NCBI GenBank assembly: GCA_964247055.1
Contig: OZ176056.1
Coordinates: forward strand, 2,852,001-2,916,000
DNA from: Paragordius varius
Taxonomy: Eukaryota > Animalia > Nematomorpha
DNA: 64,000 bases
Direction of reading: 5' to 3'
This document shows positions 1 to 13,654 of this stretch, one piece after another. How positions within the stretch are numbered: the first letter of the stretch is position 1; every line of letters begins with the position of its first letter. The notes under the pieces were generated by a model. It was given only the letters and a program-made list of their open reading frames with translations, made no database searches and was not told the origin of the DNA. The position numbers and the translations under genes were made by a program.

Positions 1-613
1 TTAATATCAAATGAAAAGTTCTATATAAAATCGATCGTTTGCCCACTTTTTGCTCATGTCTTCTCTTAGTTAGGTAATTACATAAATTTATATCACAATG
101 TGAGTTTGTGGGAAGGTGTTTTCAATAAGCAATTTTAACTTACTTCCATTTAAAAATCAGAAGATTGCAAGGTAATTAGCATCAGTTATTATTAAAATAT
201 TGATTATATAGTTTATTATAGGGAAGTTTACTTTCACTATGGTTGCCCTAATTTTTTACCGCATTGTTCTCTTTAAAATCCAAAATTATAAAATATAACA
301 TTAGAAAATATGATAAAGGAGCCTAAATTAAGTATTTTAATTTTATACCTGTTTTAATATTAAAACAGTATAAAATTTGTACTAAATAATCTCAAATTAA
401 ATATAACAAATCTAAAAATCATGATTTTAACTTAGACTCACTTAAAATTAATTCATTTTCCCTTTATGCAAAAATTAAATTAAAAAATTGTAATATTTTC
501 AAATTATTATCATTAACATTAGTATCTTTTTCATGTTAGTTATTCAGTATAAAAGGAAGGTGAATATATTTAACTAAAATAAATGTATATCTATTTACTT
601 TTTTTTCCTTTAG

Positions 614-835
614 CCATGCCGAGTGTCAATATACATTTTACGACGCAAAAAAATGGTGTAAACCTATCTTGGACAGAATATAACGGGGTATCGTATTCAC
701 TAACCGCTAATGGAAAAATGTTTAAGAATAATATTAAACCAAAATATTTCATTACATATGAGCTGCTTCAATCAAATAAATTAATTTTTACTGCATACAA
801 CAAGAGAGGAGAAACCAATTTTACTATACCTGAAA
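614..835 (+). CDS. FN3-type exon (copy A), identical to 58243-58464
   Basis: cctttag|CC...GAA A|gtaaat. MPSVNIHFTTQKNGVNLSWTEYNGVSYSLT...FTAYNKRGE has the FN3 hallmarks (LSW, Tyr, x-A-x-N-x-x-G). Confidence 0.8.
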
Positions 836-3800
836 GTAAATTTTAAATGAAAATAACATTAAATATGCATCGTTATTTATTTATTATTAATTGTAATTAT
901 AATTAAATTCTATCAATTATATTAAAATTTAAAATGATTCGGATGAATAGTCCCAGATTTTTCTCTTAAAAAATATTAATGGTTTTTGTTTGTAATGGGT
1001 CGCGTTCATACTAATACAATTATTATTGAGTAAAAATTAATTTTAATTTCTTATGGCACTGCTATACATAATATACCTATATTTTTATAACATAGCACCT
1101 ATAATAACCGAAATAATACCGCTAAGAAAACTACATGACATTGAAGCTACGGATAAGGATCAAAAAATAATTTTTATACGCTCCAATGCCAAATATTTTA
1201 ATATTTCTAAAGACGAAAACTGCGAAACTTGGTTTAAATCCGAACCTTTAATGTCTTTAAATGCGTCGACCACGAAAATATGTATTAGGGCTTACAATGG
1301 AGACTTCTTTGGCCCAATTGAAACTCATGTCCTTGAACGAACAGGTATGTGCAATATATGTATTAACATGTTTTATATCACATGTTAGTATATTATTTAC
1401 AGTTCAAATTCACCCTTGAAACTCAAATTCAACCTCTTCAATTCACCCTAAACTGAATTATGTGCTTTTTAAGATTAAAACTTACCTTATTTTTTAATAT
1501 TTTTAAAATATGAAACTCTGTTTAAAATTAATATAATGCTGAAAAAATAATAAATTATATCGTAAAAATATATCCCATATTACTGATAAGTTATGTTAGA
1601 ACTAGGGTTGTGCTGACCAAGTTATGACCCGGTCAATTGACCGAGTCATGACCAGGTCAGTGAATATTTATTTTTTAACCATGGTCATTTAAAAAAAACA
1701 ACTTTTGAAAAATTGAATTTTTTTTGGAAGAAAGATATAAAGATTGTATAGTTTTTTAATATATTTTCTAAAAAATATATTTTAAATATGCTTATTTAAC
1801 AATATGATATTGTTAAACATGCATTTTTATAACATTAGGATTTAATATCCAGTTATTTCGAAAAACAAAACAATCAAGAGCTTTTCAAAATATGGAATTA
1901 TTCCATATCTGTGAACCAATAAAATGAATAACATTATATAATTGGATATTTTAATGATGAAAGAAAGTGTCAAACAAACTAGGTAAAATTTAATTTGAAA
2001 TATCCAGTATAAGCTATGTATTTGAAGCTTCAGAAGGCCACAAACATGTGGCAAAATTCAATTTTATACAAATTTCTTGATTAAATTTGGTTTTTGTAAA
2101 TAAATATTAAAAAAATGTATACTACAATCTTTTTAGAAAATATGATATTATTAGTGAAACGCAAGTGTAATTCGAACTTTATTTTGACAATCCAAAATCG
2201 CAAGATACTTAATTAAGTAAAAAGTGGTCATGACCCTGACTGGGTCTGACCGGACTTTTTTGAAAAAGCAGTCAAATGCACAACCCTAATTAGAACACAT
2301 AATATATTTGTAGGGTAGATTCGAATTGTTGAAGAGCGAATTTGAATTGTTCGTTAGGCCATTTTTTCATTTTGACTAATTATAAAATATGCAGTAAATT
2401 TTTGAATTCTTCATATAACCTCTCTTAAAAACAACCGCAAAATCTTATAAATTATTAATATATGATTATGAAATTTCAATATATTTGGTAAAAAAAAAGT
2501 TTAAAGTTATATTGCCTAACACTTCATGTTTCAATTTTTTCCCGAGTGACATATTGGGATAGTTGTATATCTAAGAGATCCATTATAAGTTAAACTACTG
2601 TTTTGAAAGTTATTTTAGTAAAAAATTATCAAACATTGTCAGGTAAGATAAAAAAGCATATACTTTTTTTACAGATTTGTGACTACTAGAGTCCAAAAAA
2701 AATCGGAACAGCTCATATAAAAAATATATATCATGTTTTCGCTGATATTTGCAAAGTTAATTATTTACCTTTTTAACCATAAAATACACTTTATTAGCCT
2801 TGTTGCATTGGCGATTTAATAAAAATTATAGAAAAAATGGCAGTGAAAAGTTAGAGGTGAAAATTGTTTTAAAAATTTGTATAATGCGCCAAAGCACTAA
2901 AGAATATACCTTAAATCAGGGGTATCTAACACAAATGGCTTAAAGAGCCACATTTAAATTAATATAATTCAAGACAAAAGTATCAAATAAATATATTCCT
3001 CAAACTTTCATAGATGTGTTAATTTTTATATTAAACTAGCGTGAATCTCGTGCTGCTACGCAGCCCGAGGAAGTCCTTCGGACTTCTGGGGAGGGGGGGG
3101 TTCGAAGTTTGGATTTGAATGGGTCTACCGTTTTTCCTGTAGATCACAAAGCCAGCATTTTCCATTTTTATAAATATATAGATTACCATAAATAATGTAT
3201 TAATATCCATATATCTTTTAACATGCTATACATATGATAGATACTCCTTACTCAGCATCTATCATCAAAGAAACGCTTGACTAAAATTTTTGCCTTTTAA
3301 CAGGCAATACGAAAAATCTTTCTCGAATTTTTCCAGTCTCATACCGTGGGCAAAAAAATACAATCAAAAAATTATTTTTGTGGACTTTGTTTTTTGAAAA
3401 AAATGGCATTTTTTGGGGGGAGCGGGTAAAAAGAGGACCTAAATCAAAAAGTGACTCGACTATGTTCGGCGCAATCGAAAATAAGTAAACAAAAATCATA
3501 TTTGAAATTGAATGGTCCAACACGTTCTCCGGAAAATTGTCGCAAAAACACGATTTTGTGGACTTCTGTTTTTAAAAAAACCCGTTTTTCATACGGGGTG
3601 GGCCCAAACTGGGGACCTAATTCCAAAAAAGGGCGAAGCTATTGTCGGGGCATTCATTAATGATTAAATTTTTCCGATATTTGGATTTAAATGGCTCCAC
3701 CGGTTTTCCGGAAACAGATCACAAAGTTATATGAAAAATCAGTTTTTAGCGGGTAGCTCCTTACCCAGCAGCTATCATCAAATAAACGGTGGACTAAAAT

Positions 3801-6413
3801 TTTTGCCTTTTAACAGGGAATACGTAGAATCTTTATTGAATTTTTACGGTCTCATACCTAGGGCGAAAAATCGATTTAAAAAATTATTTTTGTGGACTTT
3901 GTTTTTTGAAAAAAATGGCATTTTACGGGGGGAGCGGGTAAAAAGAGGGCCTAAATCAAGTGACTCGACTATATTCGGCGCAATCGAAAATAAGTAAACA
4001 AAAATCATATTTGAAATTGAATGGTCCAATACGTTCTCCGGAAAATTGTCTCAAAAACACGATTTTGTGGACTTCTGTTTTTAAAAAAACCCGTTTTTCA
4101 TACGGGGTGGGCCCGAACTGGGGGCCTATTTCAAAAAAAGGGCGAAGCTATTGTCGGGACATTTATTAATGATTATATTTTTTCGATATTTGGATTTGAT
4201 TGGATCTACCGGTTTTCCTGTACCAGATCAAGCCAGCATTTTCCATTTTTATAAATATATAGATTAAAAAAAACAACCATAGTGTGAGACGCGTATCGTC
4301 CTTGTTAAGGACTTATTCATAATGAACACAAGCATACTCTGTCAGTATTTTAAGATTTTAAGACGAGTGATAACGAAAGAGAAAACAGAGAACTTAAGGC
4401 CTAGAGAGGGCAACCAATTGTAGTTAGATCAAGCTAATTATCATAATTCCTTCTTATCCATCAGCCAGGATAGGGAATTTATAATTAAAATTCACCAATT
4501 TTTTGGTGGCCATTTTTATATTTAAGGGTAGGCTAATATTTACGATCTCATTATGTTGTTATTAAATATAAAAATGGCTTTTTCCGCCAAGATTTTTGTG
4601 AATTTTAACTAATAAAAATATAAAATTTTGCTGTTAAATTGTACTTGAATGGAAAATTAAACTTTTTATAAAGATCTGCTAATGATGAAAGCACAATTAT
4701 ATAATATAGCATGATGTATATTTTTCACAAGGACAATTTAAACCACCTTACTTAAAATCCTGCTGTACTATGTTTAGCATGCAATATTTATATAAAAGAT
4801 ATTAGAAAAAAATGTATGGACTACCGAATCTTTTATAATTGTATTAAATAAATCCGACATCCTAATATAGATCAATATTAACAATGAGCTGCTTGTTTCA
4901 CCGATTTGAACATATTCTTTACAATGACCCATGTAATGAAATGTAGTTATTTTTATATAATAATCTGCTTTATAGCACAATTCAAAAATATGGCTTTTCA
5001 CTAAATAAATAAAAAACATTTACCAATTCTAAATATTTTCCAATACATAATTTATAATTCCAATAATATGGGTAGTTGTAAAAGGTAACAAAGCTATGAA
5101 ACGTAAAACTGAAAAGATATTTATTCGGCTTTTTGTGTTTATATATATACTATAGTGAACATAATTTGCATGATAACAATAAAATTTCGAGTAACAAAGG
5201 ATATGATATTTACATAGTACAAAAAAATATAAAAATAAGACAATGCAAATCTCACAAAAGATTATAGTATACAAACAAAATATATATTCATATGTAACAG
5301 TATTGCATTTTAAAAATGGGACTGGGGTTTTCAATATGGCTCTTTTACAAAATAATTATCAAAAAGTTTAGCAGTGGAAGTATTCTAAAGATTCTCAGAT
5401 TGTAAAGGAATGATTCAATGAATGTTATGAAAAATAATAAAAAATATTATGAAAATGCTCGTTTTTGAGTTTTTATTTCAAATCGCTCAGAGATATACAA
5501 CTCCCCCAAAATGTCATAGATATAAATACCACCTTTATATTATAGTTTTTTCGACAAATATATGAATATATAAATCCTAATTCTCTATTAAAAATTAATG
5601 CGTTTACATATATGAAATTATGTGAATTGTATATCCAAAATTTTTGTTTAATATTAGTAATAATTATTTATATACAATTAGTTTATTCTGGCTCTGGTAC
5701 AAAGGACCCTGGTTTCCAATCAAGTTATAAAAGAAAAGGTATTATTTTTTGTTAGGTTATTGCATTTAAATGAAACAAAAGTTGCGTTTGGATTGCGTTT
5801 TTGGTTAAAAAAAGTTTTATTAAAAAAATAGTGCGATATATGCCTATTATTATTTTGCTTTCCTCTATAACTTAGGTCAAGATGATGGGTCTGGATTACG
5901 GCATTCTGGTTATAGGGGAAAAGGTATGTTTTTTATATAATTATGTTTTCTAAAACTAGAATATGATTTGACTGGCATACAGAAAAGTTAGCATTCAAAG
6001 TTCCTTTAAAATCCTTCATAATACTCTAATGATTTACTACTATATCAATAGTTTGCAGTTTGCTGGAAATCTTTTAGTTTATTGTTTTTAAAATGTGTAA
6101 GACATGATTTTTCCTCGTCACATATTATCTTTTAATAAAAAAATAAAAATTGTAGTTTCACGTGAAAGAATTTAAAAAGTTGTATGATGGCCGTTTTAGA
6201 AAATAATTTTAATTTTAAAAACTGGGTCTTGACCTTGAATGAACAGAATAAGTGAGGGCATATTTATGATATTATAATAACATCTACGAAATGTATCATA
6301 ATGTGATTCATTAATATTAATTATTTTAACGTTTATTGATTTAAGTAGAGTTTTTTATATTAAAATTTTTTAACTATTTAGGTTTGTTAGATGACCAAGA
6401 TACATGGAAATGA
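614..6413 (+). CDS. 3' part of secreted Ig/FN3-like modular protein gene, copy A (exons 614-835, 1096-1344, 5682-5738, 5876-5923, 6382-6413)
   Basis: All five exons have AG/GT boundaries in phase 1. The four internal exons are multiples of 3 (222, 249, 57, 48 nt) and splice into one open frame ending GLLDDQDTWK-TGA, with AATAAA ~80 nt downstream. The first four exons recur at 58243-63768. The terminal exon is the least certain. Confidence 0.75.
1096..1344 (+). CDS. Two-Cys FN3-like exon (copy A), hypervariable relative to 58718-58957
   Basis: aacatag|CA CCT...ACA G|gtatgt, 249 nt, open. PIITEIIP...ENCETW...LNASTTKICIRAYNGDFFGPIETHVLERT. Confidence 0.8.
1603..2288. mobile_element. Non-autonomous hAT element (MITE)
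   Basis: 11-bp TIR TAGGGTTGTGC/GCACAACCCTA, 8-bp TSD gttagaac/attagaac. Second copy at 59435-60125. Confidence 0.8.
3036..4263 (-). mobile_element. Non-autonomous Helitron with internal ~510-bp repeats
   Basis: On the minus strand: A|TC 5' end, GC-rich hairpin ctcgggctgc-gta-gcagcacgag, then CTAG|T 3' end. Accounts for the spurious ORFs at 3281-4254. Confidence 0.85.
5682..5923 (+). CDS. Two Ser-Gly micro-exons (5682-5738, 5876-5923), copy A
   Basis: ttag|TT TAT TCT GGC TCT GGT...AAA G|gtatta and cttag|GT CAA GAT GAT GGG TCT GGA...AAA G|gtatgt. GC-richer than flanks and identical in copy B (63526-63582, 63721-63768). Confidence 0.7.
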
Positions 6414-7860
6414 TCAATGATAGATTCATTCGAACAAAACATTATCAATATTTAATCTAAAAATTCAATGTGATTAAATTTTATTTTATTACAAATAAAT
6501 ATGATGGGCAATTCGCTAATTATATGTAAAAAATGGTATATTTTGGGGTAAAAATATTTTTATATCAAACCGTTTATTTAACATTCGCTGACTTAAAACA
6601 TTCAAAATATTACGAGTCAAAATATATCATTTCAATTATTTTTTTGGATAAAACATATAGGGTTTTTAAAAAAAATAAACATGCTTATGCGTAAAAATTG
6701 GAAAAATACTTTGCACAGGGCTCTACCCAGCGGATAATTAAAAAATTGTTTGGTCATTAAATATTTGTCTATATACAAGACATATAATCATTATCTATTT
6801 ACATTATACACAATTTATACGTTTTCCGAAACTATGCTTCAAACCCACTTCTATGCGTGATTGTTGTTAGATCATTACTCACTTGGTTTATGAAGGTATT
6901 TGACTAAATATTTTGCCTTTATACGAAAAATATATAAAATCTGTAAATCACTTTCCGGGAAATTGTGCTTTATTGACACGTTTTTCTTAAATTAATTTTA
7001 TATCGTAGAGTGCCACTACTTGAAAATTAATTTTATATTTACCCATAAAGGACTTTTTTAATTTATGTGTTCTTATGTATGTTTACATTAAATTGGTTTA
7101 AAGAATATCTTCTGGGTTTAGATAAATAAGGGATGATATTTTACAGGGTGAGGGATCAAACACTAGAGTTCTTAAAGTATTTTGTTTGAATATCTCTTCA
7201 ACGTAATAAATGGCAAGATTTTTTCGTATTTTTATTACCATTTTTACGTGGCATCTAGCGGAACATAGGGTCAATTTCGAATAAGTTACAAATTAATGAG
7301 CTAAATATTATTTAAAGAATTTGTGATGTAGGTCTATTATAATTTTTCTTTCGATTGTAAAATATTTATTAAGTCATACTTGCGATATATTTACAAAAAT
7401 TATTTATCGACATTGGAAAGTATTAGATTATCATCACCAAGTATTGATAATTTCACACAGGCTAAATACATAAAATGTATAAATAACAACAAAAATGCAT
7501 TTTTAAAAAAATGGATTAAAACGATTTATAAAACATAATATAAATTAATATAAAATTATTTTAAATAAGTAATGTCCAATTATATAGTCGATCTGCATTC
7601 GACTTTATTCTGCGGCGGCGTTGATTTATATATAGTTTAAAAAAATTTGCATCAATCATTTTATACAATAAAAAATATTTTTTTGTCCTATAATTCCTAT
7701 TGTAAAATCATTTACTAAAGCATATCTAATTCTATATCTATACCTTTGAATTATAATATTATTTTAAATGTGCACAAAATATCACATATTGGTTTAATAA
7801 ATTGTGAAAATACTTTAAAACTTATCCCATAAGTTTATTACATGGTTTTACTTTTTTAGT

Positions 7861-8130
7861 CAGGGGTGTCCAATACGACCGCAAAAAGCGGCTTCTGTTT
7901 AAATTTTAATTTATATGAACAAAACTTTAATTATCTCCTGTTAATTTTTAAAACTTTGGATAAAAGTGTTATATAATAATAAACCAGAAAAGAAAGTAAT
8001 GTTGATACTTTTATTAAATTTTAACCTAATCAAATAACAAATTTGTTGATTTGTATAATCAAATTTTTTACGGTCGTTTCGCTAAGTCTTAAATGCGACC
8101 TAAAAGCCACTTGTGTTAGACACACCTCTG
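7861..8130. mobile_element. Degenerate hAT-type MITE
   Basis: Imperfect TIR caggggtgtccaatac / gtgttagacacacctctg. Related ends at ~2917 and 33034. No TSD recognisable. Confidence 0.4.
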
Positions 8131-8588
8131 ATAAAATATGTAATTATCAAATATTATATTTTTGATTTTCGAAATCTTACCTATCGGCATAACAAGTGAC
8201 GAGGAAATGTGACACTTGAAACAACGTTTGAAATTCAAAAAAATTTTCGACTTGTATTACATTCCCCTTTGTATTATTAAATGTGATCTGGAGACTTGGG
8301 ACATCATACGCTCCAACGGATGACATTAGGATATAATGAATTTCTCGTCCATACCAATTTAAAGCCCGTATACGATTTCTAATACTCAATACAGAATTGT
8401 TATATGGGTAATTTTGAGAAGCGTGGTGGTTTTGTTTGGTAAACATTTCGTTTTTTTTTGAAACTTTGCGTCGGATGGAATGCCCGCTAAAAGTTGGGCC
8501 GCATTCTCCGTACAAACTACGCGTGGAATATAATCTACCACTTCATCACAACTATAATATATTTTGAAACAATTTTGTATCCTATATA

Positions 8589-9733
8589 CCAGATGCAGTC
8601 ATAAGTTATAACCGGTTAACTAGGAGAAAATGTCGGGAAAAAGTACGCAGTCGATTAATTTAACACAGACACCATTTTGTTCATCTGACATTAAACGGTA
8701 AATGCAAACAAGTCGGGTCCGCTAAAAGCTAGTGTGTTCTTTTTATTATCATTCAGTAAATCATTCCTAATTTTGTTCCTAAAAACATTTGCGACACACA
8801 TCGCTTTTATTTAAAGAATAAACTGTTAAAGGTTATCGTTTACTTGTTGAAACATATGGTAATGTTCCATCGATTACATGATGCGAGGTTGAGAAAATAT
8901 GATTTCAATATTGAAGAGACAACGAGCTTTGGTAGACTACAGATGTCGATAAATTACAAGAGTTATTGGATTACCCAACCCAATCTCAACGGCAATAGAC
9001 AAAAGCATTTTATCAAAAAAAACTTTAAAGGCCTGCGGGCAGCGGAAAGACCAACACACTAAGTTAATGGGTCCCCCACAATTTGGATTAAGGTCAAATC
9101 TAAAATGGCAAAAATGTCATGAAAAAGAAATTATATTTGGATTGATTTATGTAATGAAAAGTGACTTTACATTATAAATCTAAAGTCAAAGAATTGGGGC
9201 TTGCAAAGCCGGTCCATCACGCATCCAGGCCAAATCACTTGGGCAAGAAGACCATGCTCTGTGTCTGGGAGAGCGGTATTATCTATTAAGTATTGATTCT
9301 CAGGAAACGGTTGATATACGTACAACTCTATCGCCAACAAATGATTAATTTAAACGATGCATTATGCAAAAAACGTCTGATATGGGCCAGCAGACATGGC
9401 AAAGTGATTTTGACACATGACAATGTTGCATATCACACAGCAAAACCAGTAAACGACCCCTCAAAATCGCTTCGATAGGGTTTTCCACATCCGTCGCACT
9501 TCCCTGACGTGTACCAATTAGCAACTACCTTTGTGTATTAATTGGGGATACGCTCAACAGGGAAGTACTTCAATAATTTGGATAAAGATAATCAATTTTT
9601 CCGACATAACATTCTTTAAATTTTGAGAGATGAGTGATATGAGAAACCGATGGACATTAGATTGAATAAAATAAATCACTTTCAATACGCATTTTTTACC
9701 AAAAATCCGATAAAGACTTATGACCACACCAGG
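8589..9733 (+). mobile_element. Degenerate mariner (Tc1/mariner) transposon
   Basis: Imperfect TIRs flanked by TA (ccagatgcagtcataagt / acttatgaccacaccagg). Broken transposase motifs: WVP(H), GKKTMLCVW, RHGKVILTHDN (DD34D family). Confidence 0.85.
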
Positions 9734-11496
9734 TATATATCCTAGTAGGAGCTCCCTCTACGATTGATAAAGTAAAAAAGGATTCGAAAATTAAATTCTT
9801 TGCGGGTGTGTTCCCTCCCCCTCAGTGATTAATCCAATTGTGGCGTAAGAGACATGCTTTTTATAAGCCTCATCACCCCGAAAATAAATGTTATTTACTT
9901 AAATATTCAAAACGGGGGGATCCACTAAAGTTTATTTCATTAGATCGAAATCTTATATAAGAGCTTTAAAATAAAGTTGCACAATATCCATTATCTATTA
10001 TTATAAAAAATGTAAAATTTTAATTTTCTAAAATTATTTTTTTTAATTTTTTGAATATAATACCCACATGGCAAATTTCCACGCACCTCATAAGCCTCCC
10101 ATAGAGATTCATTTTGTTCGCGCAAACAGAGCTGGTTCTAATCATTATAGCAATTAGCAGAAGATCATAATTTTTGGATGCAAAAATCGAACAAAAAAAT
10201 ACTTTATTTGAGAATGAGGATACTTCTTTTGTTATATGAATATTTTACGTTGATTATTTAGCGTCTTAACACGATTATTATTGACATTATTAAAATTATT
10301 ATTGCTATTAATATTTTTATTAATGTTATTTTCATTGTGACGGGTCTCACACTGATTGTAACATTGTTTCGTTTTTTCATAAACACCATCTCGTGTCAAA
10401 TTTTGTTTAACAGCCCAAAGGCCATAACAAGCGTGACAATAAGCTTGACATTTCTAAAAAAATCAAATTATTCATTTGGCCAGCTTCATAGATGCAGGAA
10501 AATATATTATCACCTCATATTCATCCTTAAACATGTCATGTACACCCTTGGACATATCGAATCGACCCTCAAACATTTCAAATTCACACTCGAACTTAAA
10601 AACTAAATATATTTTTATTTACAACTGGAGAGGCGTACCGAGCATTTGCGGCGCCGGGGCATAAAACTCTTATGGAGCCGCCGCTCCCCTTCTCTTTTTG
10701 AAAGCCAATAAAACAATTTATTAAAAAAATACAAACGATGCTACCTAAACACTATAGATATGACAACACAGTCAAATTAATTTAAATTTTTTGAATGACC
10801 TTTCACAGCTAGCGACAGACGTTGAAATATTTAAAAGTATTAGAAAAGCAAACCCTTAAATTGGGTAACACATCTTTGCCGTTTGAAATCATAAAAGTTA
10901 AAAGTTCTAACGGAGTTGTAGGTTTGACACCTTTTCGACTTAGGAGTAACATCCTACAATCAGAAACATCGATAAAAATATCTGTTCCATTAAAATCTTT
11001 ATTATAAAATTGCTTATAGATTTACAATTATTTTAAAATCCTTATTTTTATTGTTATTGTTATTACGTGTCAATAGATTTTTATCTTACAAAAATCCAAA
11101 TAGAATTTACACCTTTCAGCCTAAAGAATCGCTTTTCCATTTCATGTTGCAATTTATCCAATATCTGTTTCATAACACAATTAATTTCCCTTTCTGCAGA
11201 AAGAATCACTCAATCTGATTCTCCTAGGAATTTTTTGGCTTTCTAGCACGGGTTGATATAGATAAAGAAACATCCGAGTTTTCACATACTATTTTAGCTT
11301 TTTTATGGCTTCCTCGCAAAGTTGATTCCGAATATCTATAATTTAATAGTTAAGGTTTCAAAGTCCTTAAATGCTCCATTAAAATAATTTTAGAATCTTG
11401 CAATCTATATTGAACCCTATCGATTAAAAATCAAAATGAGCTACAAATTTTAGTAAAAATAATAGTTTCCAGGATTTGGTGCTGAGTCATCTAGAT

Positions 11497-13116
11497 CAGG
11501 GCTTCTTAAACTTTTGTAGTCCCGACCCTATTTATGATTGCGAGTTTCTTAACGAACCCAAATATAAAAGAAAAATATTACTTCGGAATAACACTTAGAT
11601 ATTTTGTTGATAATATTAATCGGGATTATTTCGGTTTTGAGAGATTGACAAAAATTAATCTACATTTTTTATAAATTTCTATAACATTTTCTGATCCATA
11701 GTAAATTTATGCAAAATACTAGCAGGCCCGGTCACGCTTCGGTGTGGATTAGTCTCACCGATAAATATTCTTAATAATTTGCAATAAATAGAGTTAATGG
11801 AGATAAAAAATAATAATAAACATATTTAAAAAGAATGTCTTTAATTATTACAGGTTTTTGCATAGGCTGAAATATTGTTTACTCGAAATTGACCATATTT
11901 AATCTGTCCCTTATTAAAGTTAATATTCAACTATCATTGGATTTATTTTAAAATTTTCGTTCGAAATCATGGTTAAAAGTTCTAATTTGAAATTGTGTTC
12001 ATACAGCTGGGATCAAGGGATATAAAAAGTAAATCATTTGTAATCCCTTCTTAAAGGAAAAAATGATATTATACACAAATTCCCTAGAAAAGTGTTTAAC
12101 TGAACTCGTATGGCTTTTAAGTTTTTAGAAAATTAGCTCCAAAACTACGCCTATTTTCTATGGCATCTCAGTTTTAAGCTGGTAGACCCCTACCCATGGA
12201 CCTATATGGAAAAAGCGCTGAATTAAATTCCTTGACTCTGTAAGGCAAATATTTGGAATCATTTTTGATACCATCATCTCATGGTTATTCGAAAAAATAC
12301 CTCATAAATAATCGTTATATGATGGCGTTTACGGTATAAAGGTCCCAAAATAAAGACCCGACCTTAATTACCTAGTTAAGGGTAATATTTTGAGCGTTTA
12401 ATCTCATATGGCTTCATAAATTTTCTGTAAATTAGCTCCAAAACAACGCAATTTCTATATGGCGCAGCTTAAGCGGCTATCTGTTTACTTAGTAGCCAAT
12501 ATTAAAACACGCAAGACTAAAATTTTTGCCTTTTAACAGAGAATTCGAATCCTCACTAAATTTTATCGGTCACACCCTGGGCAAAAAAATATTTAGTTTT
12601 TTTGAAAAAAATGGCATTTTACGGGGGGAACGGGTAAAAAGCGAGCCTAAATTAAAAAAGTAAGCAGACTAGGTTCAGCGCAATCAATTAGTAAAAATAA
12701 TCATATTTGAAATCGAAAGGTACAACAGGTTTTCCGGAAAATTGTCTCAAGACACGATTTTTCTGGACCTGTTTTCAAAAAAACCCGTTTTTTATACGGG
12801 GTGGCCCGAACTGAGAGCCTAATTCAAAAAAAGGGCGAAGCTATTGTCGGGGCATTCATTAATGAAATATTTTTTTGACATTTGGATTTGAATGGGTCCA
12901 CCGGTTTTCCCGAAACAGATCATAAAGGCAAATGCTAATATAAACCCTTCTGAACCAGAAGATTTTATGATAATTATCTACAATGTTATTTTTCTTTATA
13001 ACAATAATTTTACAAGTTAAAAAACATTTTTTGTTAAATTGTATTATCACTCGCGACCCTATAATTTTGCTACGCGACCCCAAATGGGGTCGCGACCCAT
13101 AGTTAAAGAAGCCTGG
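11497..13116. mobile_element. hAT (Charlie-type) MITE nested in the 10629-16953 element
   Basis: TIR cagggcttcttaaact / agttaaagaagcctgg, perfect 8-bp TSD ATCTAGAT. The empty site is visible in the paralog at ~27297. Confidence 0.85.
11719..12945 (-). mobile_element. Helitron-like element nested in the MITE
   Basis: CTAG|T terminus with hairpin cacgc-ttcg-gtgtg. 12510-12930 is homologous to the repeat unit of the 3036-4263 Helitron. The 5' end is approximate. Confidence 0.6.
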
Positions 13117-13654
13117 ATCTAGATACATTAAACTTTTAACATGTCCTGGAAAAGGAAGATTTTGGGTGATAAAAATTTCATGCTGGCCAAATTCGATGTA
13201 AAACATTTTGCCATCGATCTTTTTCCGATTGTAAGTAAGCTTCTAGAGCAGAATCCCTGTTTTATTTATCAATCTTCTTGCTGCCTCTTTCCAAGTAAAT
13301 GCTTTCCGATGATTGCTATTTTCATGATGGATTAATTTATATTTTTTCCTCCATTCATTTAAACCATGCGTAGTATAAAATATGATGGTAAAGAATAATA
13401 TCGATTAAAAAGAAGGAAAACCATACGCAGATTTGTTTTTTGGTGAATATAAAATCTATGACCTCTCAACTTTCTTTCTTTTTTACCGACACGTTGGAAA
13501 AACCAAGATTGAGGGATAGAACGATGATTTTTTGTTTCAAAGAGATTGCATTTATTTTGAAATCCTTGACCACGAATAATCATTTCTGGTTGAGATATTA
13601 CGGGGACATTTTTATTAGAACATTTTAAAAAGGCGAAATCATTAAACTCTATAG

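Larger units (their letters stand above)
1..6155 (+). repeat. Segmental duplication copy A (partner 57630-64000)
   Basis: Colinear match at offset ~57.63 kb rising to ~57.85 kb after an insertion. Only ~5 differences by eye in the first 580 nt. Confidence 0.97.

Noticed and set aside
1403-1420. Alternative terminal exon (tttacag|TT CAA ATT CAC CCT TGA)
   Set aside because: The sequence is the ttcaaattcaccct MITE terminal motif seen elsewhere, so it is more simply a repeat end. Cryptic use is not excluded.
3281-4254. Repeated ORFs (MTRL..AQSKISKQK..., MDHSISNMIF...) also at 42750 and 61121-62094
   Set aside because: They are chance open frames in the Helitron internal repeat, overlap on both strands and show no protein motifs.
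3100-4260. Repeat array considered as CRISPR-like or satellite
   Set aside because: Units are ~510 bp with no short repeat-spacer alternation and lie inside Helitron termini.
4774-5334. Hydrophobic minus-strand ORFs (and 62873-63178) as the missing transmembrane exon
   Set aside because: Wrong strand, and the F/I/L/Y-rich composition is expected from AT-rich noncoding DNA. I found no plus-strand phase-1 hydrophobic exon.
8177-8515. 112-aa minus-strand ORF with faint Helitron Rep-like words (LQITF, EFQ)
   Set aside because: Motif spacing is wrong and there is no other support, so it is left unassigned.
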